Source: an uncultured bacterium (lineage in GTDB: Bacteria; Chloroflexota; UBA5177; JANWHV01). Taken from it: a DNA stretch of 64,000 nucleotides. The first letter of the stretch is position 1. Every line of letters starts with the position of its first letter. The notes under the pieces were generated by a model. The model had not been told where the DNA came from. It worked only from the letters and a program-made list of their open reading frames with translations, and did not search any database. Position numbers and translations under genes: made by a program. Location of the stretch: contig CAWHAE010000009.1 of NCBI GenBank assembly GCA_963827235.1, positions 960,001 through 1,024,000 on the forward strand, in the 5' to 3' direction. Below, in pieces: positions 41,143-51,330 of this stretch.

Positions 41143-41901
41143 ATGCTTGCGACGGAACGACAGAGGCGGATTGTCGACTATGTGTCGTCTCACGGGACGG
41201 CGCGGATCCACGACCTGCGTGGCGACCTCCAGCTCAGCCTGTCGACACTGCGGCGCGATCTGCAGGAGATCGAGCGGCGTGGCGCCATCCGCCGCGTACA
41301 TGGCGGCGTGGTGTTCGTCGAGGAGAAAGCGCAGCCGCCGATCCTGCAGCGCAGCGCCTTCATGGCCTCGCAAAAGCGGCGGATCGGCGCCGCCGCTGCC
41401 GGGCTGGTGGGCAATGGTGAGACGATTATCGTCACCTCGGGCTCCACCACCCAGGCGATCGTGCCGCACCTGGCGTCGAAGACGAACCTGACCGTGATCA
41501 CGAACGCGGTGAACGTCGCCTACATGCTGGCCGATCAGCCGCAAATCGCGGTGATCGTGCTGGGAGGCTGGCTCAACCACACGGAGTGTTACGCCCTGGG
41601 CTATCTCACCGAGCTCTGCCTGCGGGACCTTCGCGCCGACAAGGTCTTTCACGGAGTCTACGGGCTCGAGCCGGAGAGTGGGTTCACGAGCACCTCGATA
41701 CAGGACGTGCAGACGGATCGCAGCCTGATCGGCATTGCCCGCGAGCTCATCGTGGTAGCCGATCACACGAAGTTCGAACGCAGCGGGCCCGTGCTGCTGG
41801 CGCCGCTCGGCGCCGCTTCCACGGTGGTCACGGACGACGAGGCGCCCGATGCTGCCGTGGATGCACTGCGCGGGCAAGGGGTGCGGGTGATACTGGCGTA
41901 G
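41143..41901 (+). CDS. DeoR/GlpR-family transcriptional regulator
   Basis: ERQRRI..STLRRDL..RRVHGG, SGSTT, VITNA and ADHTKF. Confidence 0.95.
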   Translation: MLATERQRRIVDYVSSHGTARIHDLRGDLQLSLSTLRRDLQEIERRGAIRRVHGGVVFVEEKAQPPILQRSAFMASQKRRIGAAAAGLVGNGETIIVTSGSTTQAIVPHLASKTNLTVITNAVNVAYMLADQPQIAVIVLGGWLNHTECYALGYLTELCLRDLRADKVFHGVYGLEPESGFTSTSIQDVQTDRSLIGIARELIVVADHTKFERSGPVLLAPLGAASTVVTDDEAPDAAVDALRGQGVRVILA

Positions 41902-42177
41902 CCCGGCAGCCGACGTACCTGGGTGACATCAGCCATCGCATGCACGTGCCCGGCGGAAGCGGTCCGCAGGTGAGGGCGCCGCGCCGTGTGATGGGTCCAG
42001 GAGAAGGCAGAATCTGGCAGGAAATGCCGACCGATGGAGTTCAATACAGTCCGAAATACGTCATGTCCGGTCTTGACATCGGCGAAGCGCTGGTCTATTG
42101 TGAACGAGTCGAACACCGAACGACAGGATCGAGTCGTGTTGGCATCGCCGAGTTGTAAGTCTGGAGGTGCGCAGAAC

Positions 42178-43479
42178 ATGCGGGTAAGCACACTTCGCTC
42201 GTTGGCCGCGATTGCATCGGTTGGCGTGCTCTATCTACCGAGCAGCGTGATCCACGCGGCCAGCGATAAGCCATTCGCGGGGCAGACCGTCAACGTTCAG
42301 GAAGCGGGATTTCCGCCACCGGCAACGGTGCTGGCACAGTTCACGGCGCAAACAGGAATCAAAGTCAATTGGGTCAACATTGGATGGGACTCTCTGCAGA
42401 CCAAGATCACGGCGGCCATGGTGGCGCGCTCGTACTTCGCGGACGTGACCGACGTTGACTGGTCGCGCGTGGGCCAGTTCGCCAAGCTCAACTGGTTCCT
42501 ACCACTGAACAAGTACTTCGACATTCCGTCGCTGCAGAAGGACATGCCCCAGCTCGGTACTTTCATCGACAAGGGGACCTTGGTCGGCGTACCGGTCGAC
42601 GCGTCATTCATGGTGACGACGGTCAACGCGGCAGACTTCAAGAAGGCCGGCATCACGGTGATGCCCAAGACGATCGCGCAGTACCAGGCCGACCTGAAGA
42701 GGCTGCAGACGAGCGGCGTCGCGGCTCATCCCCTGGGCATTCCGTTCTCCGCCGCGGAAGGACTCTCCACCTATTGGTACGAGACGACGAACGCGTTCGG
42801 CGGCTCGATGCTCGATTCCTCGTTCAAGCCACTGTTTACCGATCCGAACTCTGCCGGCTACAAGGCCTTTGACTGGCTGGTGAGCGCATACAAGTCGGGT
42901 CTGGTGCCGCAGGCGAACATCAACATGGCGGACTCGGCCGTGCAGACGAACGAGATGGCTGTACACCGGGTTTCCTCCATATTCAGCGACTACTCCGGAA
43001 ACGTGTCCACCATTTACGGCGTGGCCAGCACCTCGAAGGTCGTGGGCCAGGTGGAGTACATCGACACTCCGGGAGTCAACGGTCCGGCAGGAAATCTCTC
43101 GAACCAGGACGGCATGGGTATCCCGGTGACCGCCAAGAACCCGGGCGCGGCGGCTGAGTTCATCAAGTGGTACGACACCACGGTCAACCAGGCAAACTGG
43201 TATGGCCTCAACGGCCCGAAGAACGCTATCGCCGGCTTCTCAATGCCGATGCGTCTTTCCAGTCTGCAACTCTTGATCAAGGCCGGGAAGTTCCCGCAAG
43301 GGGCACAGATCCTTGGGCTGCTGAAACAATCGAAGGCCGTATTCCCGAACGGCACTCCGCCCTGGTACACGCAGTTCAGCGCCGCGGTCAACACCAACCT
43401 GCACAACGCGGCTCTGGGATCGGAGAGCGTGGCCTCGGCGATCAGCAACATAGCGCGGACGGTCAACTCCCTGCAGTAA
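42178..43479 (+). CDS. Carbohydrate ABC transporter substrate-binding protein
   Basis: GGAGG RBS, signal peptide, FTAQTGIKVNW and AKNPGAAAEFIKW. Followed by two permeases. Confidence 0.9.
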   Translation: MRVSTLRSLAAIASVGVLYLPSSVIHAASDKPFAGQTVNVQEAGFPPPATVLAQFTAQTGIKVNWVNIGWDSLQTKITAAMVARSYFADVTDVDWSRVGQFAKLNWFLPLNKYFDIPSLQKDMPQLGTFIDKGTLVGVPVDASFMVTTVNAADFKKAGITVMPKTIAQYQADLKRLQTSGVAAHPLGIPFSAAEGLSTYWYETTNAFGGSMLDSSFKPLFTDPNSAGYKAFDWLVSAYKSGLVPQANINMADSAVQTNEMAVHRVSSIFSDYSGNVSTIYGVASTSKVVGQVEYIDTPGVNGPAGNLSNQDGMGIPVTAKNPGAAAEFIKWYDTTVNQANWYGLNGPKNAIAGFSMPMRLSSLQLLIKAGKFPQGAQILGLLKQSKAVFPNGTPPWYTQFSAAVNTNLHNAALGSESVASAISNIARTVNSLQ

Positions 43480-43566
43480 GCGCGCGCTACCGAGCGATAG
43501 AGAGCGCGAAATCGTTCCCGAGGATCAGGTGGGCCCGGCGGGCTGGAGAGCCGGCGCCGGGCCCGC

Positions 43567-44616
43567 TTGTCCACCGGCTCCCAGGAGTTCACTCAAGAAG
43601 ACAGCGCCGGCAACCCATCCACGGCACGGTGCCGGCGCGAGTTGAGGCACAGGATGCAGAAGGCAGTTGATAACGGCCCGGACCCCGGCGCCCCGGGCAG
43701 GCACGTGGCGGTGTTGCACGCACGGCAGCATCGCTCTTTCCTGGCCCGGTTGGGGGGAGCGGCATTCCCGTACATTCTGACGCTGCCGCTGGTCGTGATC
43801 ATCGTGGTGCTGGCCCTCTATCCGACCTGGATGACCCTGAGCCAGTCGTTCTACCGGGTCAACCCGCTCGATCCGCCCGAGCGCTTCATCGGGCTGCAGA
43901 ACTACGCGGATATTCTCTCCAACCCGGACGTCACCAACGCGTGGGCAAACACCTTCTACTACGCGCTGTTCGGCGTGACGCTCACCACGCTGGTGGGGCT
44001 GGTGATGGCACTGGCTCTACGGCGTGCGTTCCCCGGACGCGGCCTGGTACTGGCCGCGATGATTCTGCCGTGGGCACTGCCTGGGATCGTGGAAGGCATC
44101 ATATGGAACTGGATTTACGATCCCACGTTCGGCGTTCTGAACAGCGTGCTATATCAGCTCCATGTAATTCCGCAGTACCAGCTCTGGATCTCGGGACACC
44201 GGGTGGTGTCGATATTCTTCATCGACGTCGTGCAGGTGTGGCAGGTCGCCCCGCTGGCCGCGATATTGATGCTGGCCAGCCTGCAGAATATTCCCGACGA
44301 CCTCCATGATGCGGCCTCGATCGACGGAGCCGGCCGCTGGGGGGAGCTCTGGTCGATCACCATACCGCTGATCCGTCCCGGCATCGCCATCGCGGTCATC
44401 CAGGCACTCATTGCTTCTCTAAATATCTTCGACCAGGTATATGTCCTCAACGGCAACGCGACGACGAGCATATCCGTGATGATGCAGACCTACATGATTG
44501 CCTTCCAGAACCTCAACTTCGGCCAGGGCTACGCGATCTCCTTCATGCTCACGGCGCTCACCATGCTGATCTCGGTGTTCGCGCTTCGCTTCATCTACAG
44601 AAAGGTGGAGTATTAG
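43567..44616 (+). CDS. Carbohydrate ABC transporter permease (start probably downstream, about 43654)
   Basis: FIGLQNY, ILPWALP and the EAA-like loop LHDAASIDGA. Confidence 0.9.
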   Translation: MSTGSQEFTQEDSAGNPSTARCRRELRHRMQKAVDNGPDPGAPGRHVAVLHARQHRSFLARLGGAAFPYILTLPLVVIIVVLALYPTWMTLSQSFYRVNPLDPPERFIGLQNYADILSNPDVTNAWANTFYYALFGVTLTTLVGLVMALALRRAFPGRGLVLAAMILPWALPGIVEGIIWNWIYDPTFGVLNSVLYQLHVIPQYQLWISGHRVVSIFFIDVVQVWQVAPLAAILMLASLQNIPDDLHDAASIDGAGRWGELWSITIPLIRPGIAIAVIQALIASLNIFDQVYVLNGNATTSISVMMQTYMIAFQNLNFGQGYAISFMLTALTMLISVFALRFIYRKVEY

Positions 44617-45477
44617 GTGAGCACTCGACTGTGGCGTTACGTCCGGCGGCTGGTAATCGGCATGATCGTCTTCTGGTCTGTTTTCCCGGTGTACTGGGCC
44701 CTGAACACGAGTCTGATGAACAGCGACGCCGCCTCGGACGTGCCGGCGCACTACGTGCCTTACCCGATAACGCTCACCAACTACTCCCACCTTCTTGGCA
44801 TCGTCTCAGACCCGGCGAACGCGTCGAACAACTTGTGGCCCGAGTTCAGCCAGACGCTCGGCAACTCGGTGATCGAATGCGTCTCCGCGACGGTGTTGAC
44901 GGTGATCATCGCCATCTTCAGCGCGTACACGTTTGCCCGTATGCAGTTCCGCTTCAAGAACGTGATCTTCTACACGGTGATCGCGACGCTGGCGCTGCCG
45001 GCATACGCGACCTTGATACCGCTGTACCGGATCCTCGGCGACGCGGGCCTGGTCAACACGTACACGGGCATCGTGCTGGTCTACGTCTCCGGGTTTTTGC
45101 CGCTGGCCATGTGGATCATGTACAGCTACTTCCAGGGCATTCCGCTGGCCCTCGAGGAGGCGGCGCTCATCGACGGGACGTCGAGGATCGGCGTGCTGTT
45201 CCGCATCATGATCCCCGTGGGCATGCCGGGCATCACGGCAACGGCGATCATCACATTCCTGTCGGCCTGGGGTCAATTTCTCTTTCCCCTCGTTCTCGCC
45301 TCGGACATGTCCACGCAGCCGTTGACGATCATGATCACCTCGTTGCAGGGTCAGCACATCGTGCCATACACGTTGATCAACGCCACGGGTATCCTGTGCA
45401 TTCTGGTGCCGGCCGTGATCGTCATCTTCCTGAACCGCTACATCATCAGCGGCATGTTGGCCGGCAGCGTGAAGTAG
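44617..45477 (+). CDS. Carbohydrate ABC transporter permease
   Basis: LEEAALIDG and a C-terminal GMLAGSVK. Confidence 0.93.
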   Translation: MSTRLWRYVRRLVIGMIVFWSVFPVYWALNTSLMNSDAASDVPAHYVPYPITLTNYSHLLGIVSDPANASNNLWPEFSQTLGNSVIECVSATVLTVIIAIFSAYTFARMQFRFKNVIFYTVIATLALPAYATLIPLYRILGDAGLVNTYTGIVLVYVSGFLPLAMWIMYSYFQGIPLALEEAALIDGTSRIGVLFRIMIPVGMPGITATAIITFLSAWGQFLFPLVLASDMSTQPLTIMITSLQGQHIVPYTLINATGILCILVPAVIVIFLNRYIISGMLAGSVK

Positions 45478-45739
45478 CGAGACTGGAAGCCTCCGGCTGC
45501 GGTCGGATGAGCGGGGGCACACTGTACCTCCAACTGCGGTCGAATGGCCGGGACGGGGCCGGCTGCGGCCGGGTGTGTGATTCTGCCCGCGTTTGTTCCG
45601 TGGCGAAGCCAAGGTGGGATGCCCACGCGTGGACGCGGGTCTACACTTGCCCGGCAGTGAGGCTCCTCGAGATTCAGCTCGAGGAGCCTCACGGCGTCAA
45701 TCCGGCGGTGGCGGATGTGGATCCGGACGCGGTGCCGCT

Positions 45740-47899
45740 TTAGGTCAACGGGGCGAGCAGCTCGCGGTAGACCGGGATGGGCCAGAGGTCGGCGGCCGTG
45801 GTCTCCTCAAGCTGGTCGAGCACGGTGCGCAGGCACTCCTGTGCCTGGCGGACGGCAGTGCCGAACGCCTCGGTGCGGGCGGGCAGCGCTTCCAACGCTT
45901 CGGCCTCGGCGAGGGCGGTCTTGAGCGCCACCAGCCGGTCCTGGGCGGTGCCCGCCAGGCAGGCCTGGGCGTGCAGCGCGGCCTTGAGAGATGCCGGAGC
46001 TTGCACGCCGGCTTGCTCCAGCTTGGCGAGCGCGGAGGCGCGGCGTCGCAGGTCTTCGATCACCGCGGGCAGGATCAAGGTCTCTCCCATCTGGCGCAGC
46101 ACCTGAGCCTCGATGGAGATGGCCTTCTGGTACTGCTCGTGGTGAATGTGGATGCGTGAGGCCACTTCCTCAGCGCTGAAGATGCCCTGGCGGATGAGAA
46201 CCGCCTGCGAGGCCGGCTCCTCGTAGATCTTGAGGGCAGCGACGGTGTCCCTGGCATGGGGCAAGCCGCGCCGCTCTGCCTCTTGTATCCACTCCTCGGC
46301 GTAGCCGTTGCCCTCGAAGCGGACGGCCTTTGTCTCCGTGATGGCCTTGCGAATGACGTCGATCACCGCCACGTCGCGGGCGGTACCGGCGGCAAGCCGC
46401 GCCGACAACTGGGCGTTCAGCTCGTCCAGGGCTTCAGCCATGGCCGCGTTGAGCATGGTCAGTGGCCGCGCGATCGGCTGGCTGCTGCCCACGGCACGAA
46501 ATTCGAACTTGTTGCCCGTGAAGGCGAAGGCGCCGGTACGGTTCCGGTCCGTGGCATCCTTGAGCACCTGGGGCAGATTTGCCAGCTCGAGATTCAACGT
46601 TCGCTTGCCGCGCTCGTCCACGACGTCGCCTGTTTCGACGGCGTCGAGCACGCGATTGAGCTGTTCGCCCAAGTAGACCGACATGATCGCCGGCGGGGCT
46701 TCGTTGGCGCCCAGGCGATGGTCGTTGCCCGCCGAGGCGATGGCGGCGCGCAGCAAGCCGCCGTGACGGTGCATTGCCTTCAGACAGGCGACGAGGAAGT
46801 AGAGGAACTGCAGATTCTCCTGCGGTGATTGGCTGGGCTCGAAGAGATTGTGGCCTTCGTCGGTGGCGAGGCTCCAGTTCAGGTGCTTGCCGCTGCCGTT
46901 GATGCCTGCGAAGGGTTTCTCGTGGAGCAGCGCGGCAAGGTGATGGCGCTCGGCCACGGTGGTCATGATCTCCATGAGCATCTGGTTGTGATCGAAGGCC
47001 ACGGCAGCATGCTCGTAGATGGGCGCGATCTCGAACTGATTCGGGGCGACCTCATTGTGGCGGGTCTTCACCGGGATGCCCAGCTTGTAGGCCTCCAGCT
47101 CCACCTCCTGCATGTAGGCCAGGACGCGCTCCTTGATGCTGCCGAAGTAGTGGTCTTCCAGCTCCTGGCCTTTGGGAGGGCGGGCGCCCTGGAGGGTCCG
47201 GTTGGCGAATAGCAGGTCGGGACGCTGCTGGGCGAGGGACAGATCCACCAGGAAATATTCCTGCTCGGGACCGCACTGCGCGGTGACGCGGGAGGCCCTG
47301 CTGCCGAGGACGGCCAGGGCCGCGAGAGCTGCCTTGTTCACCACCTCGATCGAGCGCAAGAGGGGCAGCTTGTAGTCGAGTGCCTCGCCGTTGTAGCCGA
47401 TGAAGGCGGTGGGAATGCACAGCGTGCTGCCCAGGGGACCTTCCTTAATAAAGGCGGGGCTGGCAGGGTCCCACATTGTATAGCCACGGGCCTCGAACGT
47501 GGCCCGTAGACCGCCGCTGGGGAAGGAACTAGCATCGGGCTCACCCTGGGTCAACTGGCTGCCCGAGAAGCGCTCGATCACGGTGCCGGGCTCGCTCCAG
47601 GCGATGAAGGCATCGTGCTTCTCGGCGGTGGCTCCGGTGAGCGGGGCGAACCAGTGCGTGAAGTGCGTGACGCCGCGGTCGATGGCCCATTCCTTCATTG
47701 CCTGGGCGACGCCATTGGCCACGGCCGGAGAGAGGGAAGTGCCCTGTTTCAAGCACTCTCTGAATGCCTGGTAGGTGTCTCCGGGAAGCCGCTCACGGGC
47801 GGTTTCCTCATTGAAGGTGTTGCTGCCAAAATACCGGCTGACTTTCGCCTGGTCCAGCCTCTTGATCTGCTGGCCATCGAGCTGTTCCGCTGCAACCAT
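45740..47899 (-). CDS. glnA: Glutamine synthetase type III
   Basis: THFTHWF, AEKHDAF, QGEPDASSFPSGGLR, EQEYF, HNEVAP, HEKPFAGINGSGKH and HRLGANEAPP. GGAGGGG RBS. Confidence 0.96.
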   Translation of the reverse strand: MVAAEQLDGQQIKRLDQAKVSRYFGSNTFNEETARERLPGDTYQAFRECLKQGTSLSPAVANGVAQAMKEWAIDRGVTHFTHWFAPLTGATAEKHDAFIAWSEPGTVIERFSGSQLTQGEPDASSFPSGGLRATFEARGYTMWDPASPAFIKEGPLGSTLCIPTAFIGYNGEALDYKLPLLRSIEVVNKAALAALAVLGSRASRVTAQCGPEQEYFLVDLSLAQQRPDLLFANRTLQGARPPKGQELEDHYFGSIKERVLAYMQEVELEAYKLGIPVKTRHNEVAPNQFEIAPIYEHAAVAFDHNQMLMEIMTTVAERHHLAALLHEKPFAGINGSGKHLNWSLATDEGHNLFEPSQSPQENLQFLYFLVACLKAMHRHGGLLRAAIASAGNDHRLGANEAPPAIMSVYLGEQLNRVLDAVETGDVVDERGKRTLNLELANLPQVLKDATDRNRTGAFAFTGNKFEFRAVGSSQPIARPLTMLNAAMAEALDELNAQLSARLAAGTARDVAVIDVIRKAITETKAVRFEGNGYAEEWIQEAERRGLPHARDTVAALKIYEEPASQAVLIRQGIFSAEEVASRIHIHHEQYQKAISIEAQVLRQMGETLILPAVIEDLRRRASALAKLEQAGVQAPASLKAALHAQACLAGTAQDRLVALKTALAEAEALEALPARTEAFGTAVRQAQECLRTVLDQLEETTAADLWPIPVYRELLAPLT

Positions 47900-48131
47900 A
47901 CGCCCCTCCGAAAGAGCTTGGAGTGGAACTCGGCAAGATCCGTGGCTTCGCGTATACAAACGGAAGTGCCACGTACCCGCTCTAGGGTACACGCCGCTTG
48001 CCCTCTCGACCAGGGACAGCGCGCGCAGTGCGGGCCGGCGCAACGGCCGGTGCCAGCGACCGACTATTGTCCCTTAATCGCTGGCCCATCCAGCCCTGCC
48101 GCAGCCCCATCGTGGTGAGCTATCCTTCTCA

Positions 48132-48160
48132 TTGACCGAAGTGTCAACCAGTATTAATGT
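48132..48160 (+). promoter_or_regulatory. Putative promoter with an overlapping TTGAC-N6-GTCAA palindrome
   Basis: TTGACC 48132-48137, 17 bp spacer, TAATGT 48155-48160. Inverted repeat at 48132-48147. Confidence 0.5.
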
Positions 48161-48208
48161 CAGCATTAACCAAGGCTGACGGGACGGGGTAGCGGGAAAG
48201 GCCAAGCC

Positions 48209-49474
48209 GTGGCGGTGCAGGAGCTGGTACGCGGGCACGGGCGGGCGCGCGCGACTGGTCGCTGTCTCTGCTGGCTGGGGGTGCTCGGCCCAGGCGTCAT
48301 GGTCATGCTGGCCGACACGGACGCGGGAAGCGTGATCACGGCAGCGCAATCTGGAGCCCAGTGGGGCTACAGTCTCCTGCTGCCGCAGCTGCTGCTCATC
48401 CCTATCCTCTTCGGCATCCAGGAAGTCACCGTACGCCTGGGCGTGGTGACGCGCCGAGGACACGGCACGCTGATTCGCGAGCGCTTCGGCTTCGGCTGGG
48501 CCCTGCTTTCGGCGGCTACGCTGTTCGTGGCCTGCATGGGTGCCATCGTGACCGAGTTCTCGGGCATCGGCGGCGCCGGCGAGCTATTCGGCCTGCCTCG
48601 CGAGTTGACGGTGGGTGCCAGCGTGCTGCTGTTGCTTGCCGTGGCTTTCTCCGGCAGCTACCGGCGGGCCGAGCGCGTGGGGATCGCGCTAGGCGCGCTC
48701 GAGCTGCTGTTCATCCCGGCGGCGCTGCTGGTACATCCCAAGAGCACGGCGGTGGTACACGGGATGACGAACCTGCCGCTGGGTAATCATGCCTATGTGT
48801 ACCTGCTCGCCGCCAACGTCGGAGCCGTGATCATGCCCTGGATGGTCTTCTTCCAGCAGGGCGCGGTGGTAGACAAGGGCCTCCGGCGCGTCGATCTGGT
48901 GATGAGCCGCTGGGACACGCTGCTAGGCTCGATCGCGACGCAGCTGATCATGGGCGCAGTGGTTGTGGCTTCGGCGGCGACCTTTGCGGTGCGTGGCAGC
49001 CATGCCTCACTGGACACCGTGGGATCGATCGCCCACTCACTGGCGCCGTTTCTGGGCTGGGACGGTGCACGCATCTTCTTCGGCCTGGGCCTGGTCGGCG
49101 CCTCGTTCGTGGCCGCCCTGGTGGTCTCCCTGGCCGGCGCCTGGGGGGTCAGCGAGGTGTTTGGCTGGCGCCACAGCCTGAACGACCCGGTGCCGCACGC
49201 GCGCCACTTCTACTGGCTCTACGCGACGGCAGTGATCGGCGGCGCGGCGCTGGTGCTATGCACGCGGAACCTGGTCAACCTGGCCGTGGACGTGGAGATT
49301 ATGAACGCCATGCTGCTGCCGATCGTGCTGGGCTTCCTGCTCGTGCTGGAGGCGAAGGCGCTACCGCCGGCGGACCGCATGCGTGGGCTGCACCGCCTCG
49401 GTGTGTGGGGCAGCGCGGCCGTGGTCTGCGGCCTGGGCCTGTACATCTTCGCCGCCACGGTGCTTGGCGTCTGA
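48209..49474 (+). CDS. NRAMP-family divalent metal transporter (DxDAG / MPW type)
   Basis: LGPGVMVMLADTDAGS, QEVTVRLG, GAVIMPWMVFFQQ and about 11 TM helices. Confidence 0.9.
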   Translation: MAVQELVRGHGRARATGRCLCWLGVLGPGVMVMLADTDAGSVITAAQSGAQWGYSLLLPQLLLIPILFGIQEVTVRLGVVTRRGHGTLIRERFGFGWALLSAATLFVACMGAIVTEFSGIGGAGELFGLPRELTVGASVLLLLAVAFSGSYRRAERVGIALGALELLFIPAALLVHPKSTAVVHGMTNLPLGNHAYVYLLAANVGAVIMPWMVFFQQGAVVDKGLRRVDLVMSRWDTLLGSIATQLIMGAVVVASAATFAVRGSHASLDTVGSIAHSLAPFLGWDGARIFFGLGLVGASFVAALVVSLAGAWGVSEVFGWRHSLNDPVPHARHFYWLYATAVIGGAALVLCTRNLVNLAVDVEIMNAMLLPIVLGFLLVLEAKALPPADRMRGLHRLGVWGSAAVVCGLGLYIFAATVLGV

Positions 49475-49642
49475 CCACGCACGGAGGCGTTCAGGAGCCC
49501 GAGCTTGGGCCGGACGCGCGTTGCACACATGCCCGAGGCGGGAGGTGTCCGCGGCGGCCGCACGGCGAGCGTCGCGGCAGCGGCCAGAGAAGCTTGTCCC
49601 TTCTTGTGAGTAGCCGGCAGACGGAGACTGCGCGGATCGCGT

Positions 49643-50563
49643 ATGGTACTTCACAGCCCGCACGCGACGCCAGAGTGTGACGTGACCGGCGCGGGACGAA
49701 CGGAGCGCCTCGAGTTGCAAGCGATACCAAGCAGACCGGCCAGCCTGAAGCCGCCCCTCAAGTGGGCGGGAGGAAAGCGCTGGCTGGTGCCGCACCTGCA
49801 GCCGTACTGGCAGGCGCACCGGCAGAGGCGGCTCGTCGAGCCGTTCGTGGGCGGACTGGCGGTTACGCTCGGGCTTCTGCCGGAACGGGCTCTGCTCAAC
49901 GACATCAATCCCCACCTGATCTCCTTCTATCGCCGGCTGCGGCAGGGACTCAATCTCACGATCGAGATGGACAACGATGCGGAATTGTATTACCGGCAGC
50001 GGGCGCGGTTCAACGAGCTGATCGGCGGCGGCCAGCAGGATGGTGAGGAAGCCGCACAACTGTTCCTGTTCCTGAACCGATCGTCCTACAACGGACTATG
50101 CCGCTTCAACAAGAGGGGTACATTCAACGCGCCTTTCGGCCGCTACAAGACGATCAGCTTTCCCAAGGATTTGAGTGCTTACCGCGAGGCACTACAACCG
50201 TGGTCGTTTACCTGCACGCCATTCGATCAGATCGAGCTACAGGCGGACGACTTCGTCTATGCCGATCCGCCGTACGACGTGCAGTTCACGGCCTACTCGC
50301 GCGAGCGCTTCGGCTGGGAGGAGCAGAGGCGACTGGCCGAGTGGCTCACGCAGCACAAGGGGCCGGTGATTCTGTCGAACCAGGCGACGCCGCGCATCGT
50401 GGCGCTGTACGAGAGTCTGGGCTACGACACGAGCTTGCGTCTGCAGGCACCGCGGATGATCAGCTGCACGGGCGATCGCACGCGTGCCGAGGAGGTGGTG
50501 GCGACGCGAAACTTGCCCAGGCCGGTCGATATGCCGACAACGCGGTCTGCCCGTTCCGACTAG
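49643..50563 (+). CDS. Dam-family (D12 class) DNA adenine methyltransferase (start uncertain)
   Basis: LKWAGGK, EPFVG, NDIN, YNGLCRFN and YADPPY. Confidence 0.92.
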   Translation: MVLHSPHATPECDVTGAGRTERLELQAIPSRPASLKPPLKWAGGKRWLVPHLQPYWQAHRQRRLVEPFVGGLAVTLGLLPERALLNDINPHLISFYRRLRQGLNLTIEMDNDAELYYRQRARFNELIGGGQQDGEEAAQLFLFLNRSSYNGLCRFNKRGTFNAPFGRYKTISFPKDLSAYREALQPWSFTCTPFDQIELQADDFVYADPPYDVQFTAYSRERFGWEEQRRLAEWLTQHKGPVILSNQATPRIVALYESLGYDTSLRLQAPRMISCTGDRTRAEEVVATRNLPRPVDMPTTRSARSD

Positions 50564-51330
50564 TCTGCTGCGTCGAGACCGATTGCCGTGCTTGCTCTGC
50601 TGCATGCATCCTCCGCACTCGTTGGGCGTGGGCCTCCCTTGTTGTAGGACGAGTGCGATCAGCGCCTCGATCACGCCGGTTTTGCACTTGCGCATTGATT
50701 CGCGCGTGCCGTGATCCAGATCGCCGTTGTATTTCTCTACACCGGAGCGCTACGCCCACGCGGCATCGAAGCGCGCATGCGGGTTCTCTGCCGCGAGAAT
50801 TGACGACTGACTAAAGAACGGCCATGTCTTGGTTTGGCAATGAGAGGACTCGAAAAAGACCCATTGCCTTTTGTGGTACCGTACTACAACATCGTAGCGA
50901 TGGCGATTCATGCCGAGCCGGGTCTGACGTGGGAGATGGTGGAGATTGTCAAGGAAGGCAAGGACCTGCCCTTCCACCATGTGACCATGGACGAGGGCTC
51001 TGGGCGGAACACCGCGTCCCTGGATCGGGTTGCCGGAGCGCTGCTCATCCACCAGGCCCAGGGGTCCCACGACACCGCGGCGTGGCCTGACGGCGCTACG
51101 CCGCCGGCCAACCCGGTGGCGGACAGGCGGCTGATCGACTCGCCTCCGCCGAAACGGGTGGATCGCGTAGCCGGCGAACATGCGTCTCTAGCATGCTGGC
51201 GCCAGACGATCAAGGAAAGCACCAACGGGCTGATCGGTAGTCGGCCGGCGCGGCGTCGCCGACCGACCCGGCGATCCATGCACCCGACCTCCTCACCCTG
51301 TACTGCCATTACAACTCAAGAGGACGAGGC

